Source: Sphagnum compactum
Taxonomy: Eukaryota
Assembly: GCA_965153455.1 (NCBI GenBank)
Contig: OZ234493.1
Coordinates: 9,786,213-9,850,212, forward strand
DNA: 64,000 nucleotides
Direction of reading: 5' to 3'
Under the pieces are notes generated by a model, which had not been told where the DNA came from, ran no database searches, and saw only the letters and a list, made by a program, of their open reading frames with translations. The position numbers and the translations under genes were made by a program. Numbering within the stretch: the first letter of the stretch is position 1; every line of letters starts with the position of its first letter. Positions 53,503-64,000 of this stretch are shown in pieces.

Positions 53503-53719
53503 TACTCTGAGGCAACTTCTTAAAGTGAAGCCCCACAAGATTTAAACACCTCTCACGATAGCTGAATGAAAGTCGTAGTTAAACATCATGTGCAAGGCAT
53601 TCCTACTGCTTGCACCTCATAAGAGCTTCACCAAGTTTTCATTCAACCTGGGAACAAGAACTTGACCGTCTGCCTGAGTTGCCCACATTTCAACTCCTGT
53701 TTGTGGGATCTTGTGACAC

Positions 53720-54395
53720 CCAGTACCTGTGCTTTTGTTTGTCAATTCTTTAATGTAGCCCAGATGGCTATCATCCAGGAATTTTTAAAAACCAAATTTG
53801 GCTGCATACCGTATATGATTTTTAAGAAAAAAAAGAAAGGCCCCTTCACTCCATGACGTGTCTTCTCATTGGTTCGTTGCATGGAAATTCTATTCCTAAA
53901 GAATTTCCAAAAGTTGGCAGCCACTATTTTTGGCCTGGACTAATAGCCTTTCCTAAGAACACACTAACCTATTCATAGCTCCATAATAGAGCTTATCATT
54001 AAAATCTGGTGACTTGGATTATTATTTTTCTAGAAAAATCTGGCAAATTTGGGCCATTTATTCCATGAAAATAGTTCAAATTTTAGCAAATTTCTATCAG
54101 TAGAAAAATCACTGCCCAAACACTCACCAGGGTTTTTTTCAGGAATTTTAAAAATGTAGCCTAACTCCAGATCATCCAGAGGAATATATAAAAAATATGA
54201 CAATCGTCCCTAGGAACATTTAGCCAAATCTGGCTATAAACCAGATACGAACTACATATTGTTTTAATTGGCCTTCTATGTTCATGGCTAAAAAGTGAAA
54301 ATCAAATATAGAAATCTGGCGATTTAAAAACTTTTTCTCTCACTTTGGGCAATTGAAGATCTCCAAAATCAATTAATTCCCCAGGAAAAAAAAAA
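53720..54395 (+). mobile_element. Two adjacent copies of the TAGCCA-N4-TGGCTA dispersed repeat family
   Basis: The first copy ends AAAAATCACTG at 54114. The second starts CAGGGTTTTTT at 54128 and has the core TAGCCAAATCTGGCTA at 54221-54236. Confidence 0.65.
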
Positions 54396-55121
54396 GGCGG
54401 GTACCCACCAGTGCACCATCCACTGGAAACCCCTTATCACTCAGTTGTGGCTGAAGCACAACTGAGTCACCTAGAAACCCTCATACTTAACCTTCACCTT
54501 ACCTTGGTAATTACATATGAAAGATAGAATGGCCCATCACCGAACATGTACCTATCATCAAACTATTTTCAATGTCGTCCCCAATCTTTAAACAAATTGA
54601 GAGATTTTTGTGTCAATGGACAAGATTTTAAGCTTTAAATCTTAGTTTGTTTTGATTCATTCATCACCAAACATTGTACTCCTTTACATCAAACACCCCA
54701 TGTTTTTCCCCATTCCTTTATGGAATTGAGAAATTTTTGCAATGTTAGAAGCATTAGGTGAAAGGTTACCAATGCTCTTGGATCTTCAGAAGTAAAGGAA
54801 CAATGTGTGAGGATTCAACCTCCTTTGAGTTCTTCAGTGTTCACTCACTTACCTATTTATCCTAAGTAGTTAAGATTCATAGGTGAATAGGTAGAAAATA
54901 AAAGTTGTTGGCCTTGCCTTCCAAGGCAAGGATATTGTGTTTAGATTCATTATAGAGTATAGTAGCTTAAGGGATTTTGACCCTTAGGCAATAGGTCTAT
55001 TTTTATATGAGGATGTTTGAAAGATGATATTTTGGCTTGTGTCGAAACTTGAGATTATGTATAGAGTTATAATTTCTTGAAGGATTTTGGGTTTTTTTAG
55101 AGGATTTTTTTGTAAAGATTC

Positions 55122-55172
<51 letters not shown>
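55122..55172. repeat. Compound (TA)n(GA)n microsatellite
   Basis: Direct reading of the sequence. Confidence 0.95.
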
Positions 55173-55182
<10 letters not shown>

Positions 55183-58100
55183 CAACTGGCACAAGGCCAT
55201 TGCATGAAAAAGCACATTTAGGTATCTAGTGATGCATGGAAGGAAACATTTGGACACATTTAAGATTCAATCTCAGAGTGTTTGCACTTTGCACCCAACA
55301 CAATTTCAACCAACATCCACTATGTTATGTTAAAAATCTGCCTCTATGATCATATTCATAACATCACAAGACATAAGCCATGGGACTTATATCAGTAATA
55401 AGTCATATGGACATAGTAGTCATAAATACATGATTTTGGCATGATGATCCCTTTGAATGCATCATTTGACCTTCCCATGCTTGAATACTCTCATGATCTA
55501 ATTAGGGTGCCAAATTTTCAGTAACATTGGGGATGGTTTTCATCTACTTTTAACAAAAGAATTCCCTATATTTATTGCCCCAAGCTAATGGACATGCATG
55601 TGTAGATTTTGGGTGCACCCATCCAATTGATAGGTTGTTTTGAAGTCTACCCATCTACTTGTTGGGTTTCTTTTCAAAATATGAATGTTGGGTAATTGAT
55701 TTAATCATGCCTCTATATCCATTTTATTTTGGGTTGTCACTTGCCTTTTTGTATCATGAGGTTTCATATCACTATGACATTAAAAAAAATTCATATGACT
55801 AATTTTTTTAAAGAATTTTTTTTAATAAACATACAAATAATTAGCTTCAATTCCTTTAAATTTTATTAAAATGAGATTCTTAAAAAATTGATTTGAAAGA
55901 TTATGCAAGAATTGATTAAAATAAAACACGTCAATTTTAATATAAATTTCATTTTTGAGATATAAATGTTTTTAATTAATTTGATGTTATTTAAAAAACT
56001 TCAATAAGGCTTTGATGAAGATTTAATAACAAAAATCATAGTGAAATTAATTTTAATTGATTAATTCTTTGTATTGTTGTTGTCTTTTATGTTATAAAAG
56101 TTTATTATTGCCCTAAGATAGTAGACATGCATGTATGATTTTAGGTTTACCAAGCATGTATGGGGCAAACATAACTAGTTTGCATTGTAGTTGGCCTATC
56201 CCGTTTTTCAATGACACACTTACATGGGTTTGAATGTTCCAAACCCATCAATCCCAATGGTTATTCATTTCCTTTCATGTTTGACTACAAGGAATATGGG
56301 CCCAACTCATTGACCATTTCATTCATTTTGCAATGAAATTCATGGAAACTTACTCCAATGAATTTGTGATTGGAAATGTGAGAATCAAGTGAACTTGGAC
56401 TAATGTTGTTGACCAAGTGGAGGTATATGGTTTGTACACATACATTATTCACATGTTTGATTTCTTTTTTGGTGAATTTTCACATTGTGGCAACAAAACA
56501 AAGTGTGGTGTGATTCATACAAAGGTTCTGTGTTGGGAAAAAATGGCCCCAAGTTGCGATATTTTGAGGAAAAAAAATTGAATTTGCCATATATAGCTTG
56601 TAGGTTCTAGCAAGTCCCCAATTTTTTAAAACATTTCCTCTCTAACATGTAGCCAAATTTGGCTAAGTTTTTCTTATTATGATTGCTACACCGCCTATAA
56701 TCCCTAATGGAATTTAAAAGGTCATTGGTTTAAAACATCCAATAATAGAGGTTTTTCATGTCCAAAACCATGTGAAGACATCAATGGGTTTGATGGAGAA
56801 ATCAAAGGCCTTTTTTTGCACGATTCGATTCCCATGGATCAAGCTAACAAACATAAGAACCATGTTGTTTTTTTGTATGAACATGACAAAAAAGTTTTAA
56901 ATGATTCTAATTTTTCCAAATGTAGACATGAAGATGTTTGGGCATTGGTCTCCTCATAATGATTTTACTCACAATGTTTTTTAATGTTTTGTATAAGATC
57001 ATTTTCTTAGAAGCTTTAGTGATGTTTAAAGATCTTTATTACAATGGGTGTCATTGAAAATTATGAGTCTCATTCACATTTTGACAATGACTCATTGTAT
57101 TATATCATATTGTAATTTGATAAAGTATTATGTTCATTACTTATGTAGAAAGTACATGTGTAGGAAAATATCATCATTGAATTTTTTAAGAATTCCCCAT
57201 TAACTAATTTATCCATGAGCATGAATGTGATAGGTGATTTGATGATACACGGCAGACAATTTGTTTTGTTAGGATATATAGTTTATATTCCAATTTCAAC
57301 ACATGGAACAATTTTATTACTAAACACAAAGTGAAGTTGACATTTTACTATGGGTTGAGGCATGCATTACAATATGCACATGTGCATTGTATGTTGCAAT
57401 GAAGTCATACATAAGTTACATAACACATCAAGAGGAGATGAAGGCCATTTTTGAAATCAAAATGAAAGAAATGAATGCCAACAAAAGGAGGAAACGACAT
57501 ACTATTTAGTGATGCTCTAAGTATGGACCTTTTTGTGTTATTGAATGCCAACTAAAGGACCATTGTGTGGCTTGTGTAATTCACTTAAAAATCAATTTCA
57601 TATACTTATGTATCAAATGACAAAACATTTTTCACACAATTTCTATGCCACTTTAACCTTTGCCACATTTTCCAACTTTATTGTTGGTGATATTCTTCTA
57701 GTTTTTTTACAACAAACCAAAGCCAAAGCCTCTTATTTTATGTTTTGTGACATCAATCACATGTTATAATTTTGTAAACTATAATTGTGATCTTGATTGG
57801 GCACTTGATCAAGGGATGCACAATTTGCATCCTTGAAATATCTAACTAAGACATTACAATGGGTAATTCTTTTGCCTTAACCATAAATTGTTCCAACAAA
57901 TATGGGTTGTACTTTTCTCTTCCTCATGCACCTTCTTTCTTATTATTCCATGATATTGACATTAAAAGTCCACATCTTGTGATCATTTTTCAATGGTGTT
58001 GTTCATTTGATTAATGCATGGAAAGACTAAAGTTATAACACTTGATGCATTAAAAGGCCATGAACTAATGAAGGAACTTATGGTGGAAATTTTGTTAATA

Positions 58101-58554
58101 TTGGAAGAAATCTACATATTTGTAGACTTAGAGTTTAATGCTATAACAAGTTTGTCACAAACTCGTTGACAACATGATGAAACAAGTATTGCAAGATTTA
58201 CAAAACAAGGCATATGACATGGATAAGAAATAGTAGAATGGTTTGATATTGCTTATAGATGTTGATTTTTCACACTTTGGATGGAAAGGTTTCAATGAAA
58301 ATTGGAAAGATTTTGGATTGTGAATTTAGTTTTAAATGGCTTTAGAAGGTCCAAAAATCATCTTGTTGATGTTCATTATGGGCCATCAGGCTTTGAAACA
58401 GTGATAAAATATTTAGTATTGCTAAGTATCTAACTAGTTAGTAGTAAACAAAATTCATATTATGTTCAGTGTTCTTCACATTTAGAAGTAAAAAAAAGGA
58501 TTTTTGAAAGAAAACATCCTCTTGGACATTTTTGCCCATACCAATAACACTTGC

Positions 58555-58850
58555 TAAAAATGTTTTGATTGCAAGTTATTTTCCAACATCCAAACCTTGT
58601 AAGGAAAACTTGCAAGGTTCTTTTTTAGCTTAGCAAAAACCCCCTTCAACTTACTAGAAATGTTTTGATTGCAAGTTATTTCTAACATCCAACCCTTGTT
58701 GGAAAAGTTTGCAAGGTTCTCTGTTAAATTGACAAACGCCCCCTCTACTTTGGAAATGTCTTGATTGCAAGCTATTGTCAAACATCCAACCCTTGTTGGA
58801 AAAGCTTGTAAGGTTTTCTTTTAAATTGACATACACCCCATCAACCTCCA
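58555..58850. repeat. Three-copy tandem repeat, periods 100 and 96 bp
   Basis: TGT.TTGATTGCAAG.TATT..AACATCCAA.CCTTGT..GAAAA..TTG.AAGGTT starts at 58561, 58661 and 58757. Confidence 0.9.
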
Positions 58851-59329
58851 ACTGTATAACTAAATGTTGTAATTGGAATTTCACAAAGCCTACTTATAAT
58901 ATATTGATAAATTCTTGTAGCATTATTTGTAGATAGTTGACATAAGCACTTCATAACATTGATGGGCACTATTGTGTGGTGTTAATCAAAAGGAAATTAG
59001 TAAGCCTTGTAAAAGAATTAAGGCTACTTAATAAGGCATGCAACAACCTTTTGGCATTATGATTTGATTTGAGTGGACATGTGTTACTCCAAACCACCAA
59101 GCCTAGTGATTGAGTGTTCTCTATCATATGACATACCACCATAGTGGGAATTTTAGCGGATGCCCCCATTGGTTATTCTAGAGATTGAACTAGAATTTTT
59201 CAATAAAATATTGGAAAATTGTGAGTTAGTATTTTGGGGAGGGTCTAATTTTTATTTTTTCATACTTCTTGCCTGATAAACTATTATTGTTCATCATAGT
59301 TGGGGTTTCCAATAATAACATCGCATGTT

Positions 59330-61220
59330 TTTCCTAATTTTTTTGAGTAGTTTATTAGTAGTGTTATGGGTAGATTTTACTTATGGTTTCTTTGGTGGTT
59401 TTAATGATGGTGTTGTGCGTGGTGACAATGTTTTACTTTGTGATGCAACAATGTTTTACTTGTTCATTTTAGTATAATTGTTTGAACCATAAAAATGGGT
59501 AATCATTATGCCATTTTTTTCTGACACCACATTTTGCATAATGTAGGTGATTTACAAGCTACATCTAGTAAAAAATCTAAATCTTATCCTTTTTCAATGG
59601 TTTGGAGAATTGTTCACAAGCATATTTGCCCTAATCTTCAAGTGCATCTATGTTGAAACATGCATTCAACACCTGCAAGGTAGCAAGAAAGTTAGGCTAC
59701 ACACATTTGTATGAAGTCAAAAATCAGACCTATAATCTACATCAAAGTTCAAAGGAATAAACTTTCATAACTCAAAAAAAATTTACAACATTGAAAATGT
59801 ACAATATGAAATTGCAAGAACTTTGAGAAACAAGTGGAAAATCTTCAAAAAAACACCAACAAGGATGGAAACTTTTTTCAGAATGAAACACCAAAAGCCA
59901 ACTCTATGGCATGATATGAAAAGGAGGCACAAAGTTGGAAGGGAAATAGTTTTGGAAAAAAAAAATTAATTGAAATTCATGTATTAGGTATGATGTTTCA
60001 AATATGTATTAATATCTAATATAACTCAAATATATGTATACTTGAAACACTAAAAATATATAAATAGGTATATATAATCTAATTAACTTACACTGTTACC
60101 TTTATTTATATACAAGTGCAGTCATGGTAACAGGTACCACAACAAGTGTAACCGGTGCTTTAAGTAGTAAAAAGACATGTTTAATAATTTTATTTTATTT
60201 TAATAAATGAAATATTTTGACAAAATTTTAATGCAAGGCTTATCAAAGTACTATAAAAAAAAATCATGATTTAAAAATATTTTTTCAAATATTTTTTCAA
60301 GAATACTCTAGGAATATTAAAAGAATATTTCCCCAAAAGCAGTCACAAAAGTAGCCAAAAAGTAGGTGGGTGTGGTTCATGTTATCCTGTTTGCACCCAT
60401 ACATATTGTATATTAAAAAATATTATGTGTTAATAACTATGATGTTTCAAGTATAATAATATTATTTAAAGCATAATAACTACATATTAAGTATAATTCA
60501 TATACATAATATAATTAATATACCTAAAACAATATACCTAATACATAAATTCAAATTCATTTTTTCCCTCCAAAATGTTTTCCTTTCCAACTTCATGCCT
60601 CTTTTTGGTAGCACTTTCTAGAGTTGGCTTTTAATGTTTCATTCAAAAAAAATTCAAAGCTTTTGCATTTTCATATTGTACCTTTTCAATGTTATAAATT
60701 TTTTTTTGAATTGTCAAAGTTTACTCCTTTGAGCTTTGATTTAATTTTTAGGTTTGATTTTAGGTTTTCAAGTCTATTTTTTAGGTTTGATTTCAAGTTT
60801 TCAAGTTTGTTTTAGGTTTTCAAGCCTGTTTAAACTTGATTAAGGTAGGTATGCTTATGAATAGACCATTGACAATGGATAAAATTTGTATGTTTTTGTT
60901 GGAAGTATCTTGGTTAACATGTATGCAAAATGTGGCACCTAAAACACGTGGCAAAATGATTACCTTATTTGTTTAGTTTAGACAGTTCTAATGTAATGAA
61001 CAAGTACAATAATGGCCATTGTTGAACATGTTCCATCAATCCCCAAGTTGAAACCATCCTAAACAACCCAAAGTGGACACATGCCAAGACCACTATAATA
61101 CCACTAATAAAACCACTCAAGAAATCACTTAAAACCCACCCATAACACCACCATTAAAACCACCAAATAAACCATAGGTAAAACCCATCCATAACATTAT
61201 CAATAAAACCACTTAGGAAA
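59330..61220. repeat. Long diverged inverted repeat (arms about 59330-59991 and 60534-61220)
   Basis: Colinear reverse-complement blocks: GTATTAGGTAT/ATACCTAATAC; GAATGAAACACCAAAAGCCAACTC/GAGTTGGCTTTTAATGTTTCATTC; ACATTGAAAATGTACAATATGAAA/TTTCATATTGTACCTTTTCAATGT; CCACATTTTGCATA/TATGCAAAATGTGG; TTTGGTGGTTTTAATG/CATTAAAACCACCAAA. Confidence 0.85.
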
Positions 61221-64000
61221 CCACCTCAAGCCCAACCACAACATTACCAATAAAACAACTTTAGAAAACAATTAAAAACCCACCCATAGCCCTTTCACAA
61301 AATTGTTTGTAACCCCACCCAAAACATCACCCCTTAAACCACTAAACAAACATCCCATAATTTCACTGGTAAACTATTACAATTTACCAAACATAAACCA
61401 CTAACAAACCATCCACAAAACATTCACACCAACCCACCAAAAGACCACTCATAAATTCCCCCCCTCCCCCGGCCCACCTCCCCACTTGTTAAACCACTAG
61501 GTGACCATTGGAACCATGATGGGTTTAGCATGTGTGGTTTATTTTGCCATGCAAGATCAACCACCAAAGAGACCCCAAAACCACCATAACCACTGTGGAT
61601 GGTTTGTCAAGTGGTTTAATTACATGTATTCCAATAATGGATACAATGGAGTACTTGAATAGTTTGAAGCATAAATTGTTTTATGGCAAGTTCTCTTTTA
61701 ACCCAACTAGGTGATTGTGTCTTTAAGCAATGGGTATAAGGTCATTTAGTGTATGTTGTCTTCACATTCCAAAATCATCTTTTATTAATGTTGTGAGACA
61801 AAATTTCATTGAGAACAGTGAAAATAATATTGTGATAAATAGAGGAATTTTTGATACCATAAGCAAGAAACTACATGTTAAACAATTATCGAGAACATGT
61901 ATTAATGGATTACATAGTTGGATCACATATCCATTTTTGTTATGCATAATACAATTTTGCTAAACCTAACATGTTGGTTAGTACCTTCAAAGGCTTATTT
62001 TGGTAGTTGTCTATGTTAGTTCTTAAACATTACAACATGAATTTAGTTTAATGAATGAAACAATGATGACTTAAACCACCATTACCTAGGGAGTTTAATA
62101 GGACCTCATAGCATGGGAGTGAATATGATATCAAATTGCACATTACCTTAGGGGGTTTTTTGGTCGAATGATTTTTGTTGAAATTTGTGCATTTGTTCTA
62201 AATTGCATTTTGTGATGCAATGCAAAATTTCCCTTACAAAGTTCAATATTTAAATATTTGTTTTGTTATAATGGTAGAATTTGGCTTTACATGTGGGGAA
62301 AACATGTCTTCTACCCTTGAACCCCATTATGCAAGTAGGTAGCCACCATCACATTTGGATGTATATTATTGATATAGGTCATGTGTTTTAAATCTTTATG
62401 TGAAAGTTTCTATTGTGATTTCTTCTATTTCATGAACATTAAAAGTTTATTGAAGACAAGATTAATGTTTGTTTAGGTTTGGTGGGATGGGTGATTACAA
62501 TAGGTGACAATTGCTAAAAATTTAGTAAGAATTGTGCAAGAGGATTGCACATGGCCATTATGGCATCCTAGACCTACAAGTGCAAGGCTAGGTGAAAAGC
62601 TTAATATTGGGTGTATATGCAAATTGCTCTATGCAAAAAAAAAATCAAAATAATATTTAGTACATAATGTAGTAATGGACATTTACATTCTAGTAATCGA
62701 GGAGGTGGATTAACAATAGAACATGCCCTCAAGAGATGTGCCTTGCGTATATAGTAGTTGCCTACCACATGGTAGTATTGAAACAATGACCTTCTTGCTA
62801 TGCTAATGGCTTACAACAAACCATTGTTGGTTTATGGAGTTTTTGGATTAACGATGTCATTAGGTTTTTTGACACGTTTGATGTCACAAGCAACATGAGA
62901 ACAAACAATTTCTTTTATGATATATTGTTGTCTTATTGGTTGACAATGAGAATGCTATCGATGTTGATGTGAGAACATGATCTCCATAAAGCTTTACAAC
63001 ATTATAACGTGGGTATTATGTACATTGTATAAATGACTTGTAATTGATGTTGGAGTAAAAAATGGCAGTTGTTTTGAAGGAAACAATTGCACACACACAA
63101 ACACACAGATATACACAAAGAACATCTCAAATTAACCAAACATATGATGACAATTTGGGCAATACATATGATATTAATTTTTTTAGCTTCAATGACATAA
63201 TAAAAAACCTCCACATTTTCACACCTTTCACAAAGGCATCATATTGGGTAAGATCTTCCTACAACATAAAGTGTGATGGTTTCATAACTTAATCGACAAT
63301 TGTCCACACTATTAGAAGATTTGTGATTTTTTTGCATTTACATGGTTTGCATAATCCAATCATGAATTTTTTGCATGTAACATCAAAAAGGTGTAATAGA
63401 CAATTAAAAAAGTGTTATGACATCTTTGTGTTTGGGGGTTAAAAAACACTTATTGGAATAGGTACAAAAAACTTAGTTGTGTTAACAAACCCCACATGAA
63501 AACTTGCGCACATATCATATGTTATATTACACTTATTTTTCAATAAAGTGACAATGTTCAAGAGTTTTGATAAATGTTTGGACAAGCTATTACTCTATAT
63601 GAGGAAATGGAAGAAGATTAATGATGCAACCAAACAAAAGACATGTTCGCTTTTACAAATAATCATTTTTATTACCACAAATTCTTTCTTGATTTTATTG
63701 GTTTGGAACTTGAGGAACAAGGCATTGATGAACAGTAGGATTCTCTTCAAGACACTCTTCCATTCACATGTGATGAAAACAATCATGAAAGGTAAAAACA
63801 TCCTTGGGTGATACCACTAGGAACCACCTTAAGGATTGGTTAAGGAACCAAAAATAACCAAATCATTTTCCTAGGCTCTTTGCTTTAAATGTTTTCACAA
63901 CTATAATTTTTTTTTCTCATGTTTATTAATTGCATGCCTTAATATATGGCTTGAAGTTTATTTTGGAATAAAAAAATAAAAAATGTTAAAATTTTGTATT

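Noticed and set aside
53044..58850. Tandem arrays as CRISPR-like or protein-repeat (LRR) loci
   Set aside because: No unique spacers or cas genes, and the context is eukaryotic. Periods of 128 and 100 bp are not multiples of three, so no frame is preserved.
61700..63900. Possible decayed transposase or gene remnants
   Set aside because: Coding-like in places, but no diagnostic motif could be read in any frame; left unannotated.

Overview
Eukaryotic nuclear DNA from a land plant. The repeat families, AT-rich spacers and spliceosomal introns suggest a moss or other bryophyte; that is an inference. Three intact spliced genes can be rebuilt from the sequence. (1) Importin beta-1 (+, 10232-13493, 4 exons, 875 aa). 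(2) A DeSI/PPPDE-family peptidase (-, ATG at 25164, 3' end uncertain). (3) A mitochondrial pyruvate dehydrogenase kinase (-, 49741-47082, 6 coding exons, 370 aa), whose first coding intron needs a non-canonical GC donor and whose leader holds a chain of abutting uORFs. The rest is mostly decayed transposable elements: a Ty3/gypsy pol remnant, hAT-type transposase remnants (one interrupted by a solo LTR), several MITE-like families, tandem repeats and microsatellites. Two stand out: a complete 5.2-kb pogo-like element with 26-bp TIRs and an extra unknown coding region, and a ~1.9-kb diverged inverted repeat at 59.3-61.2 kb. No rRNA, tRNA or CRISPR array was seen. I cannot claim a proven new system. 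The best candidates are the PDK post-transcriptional layout (uORF chain, alternative leader donors, GC-AG intron, possible spliced 3' extension) and the cargo-bearing pogo element.
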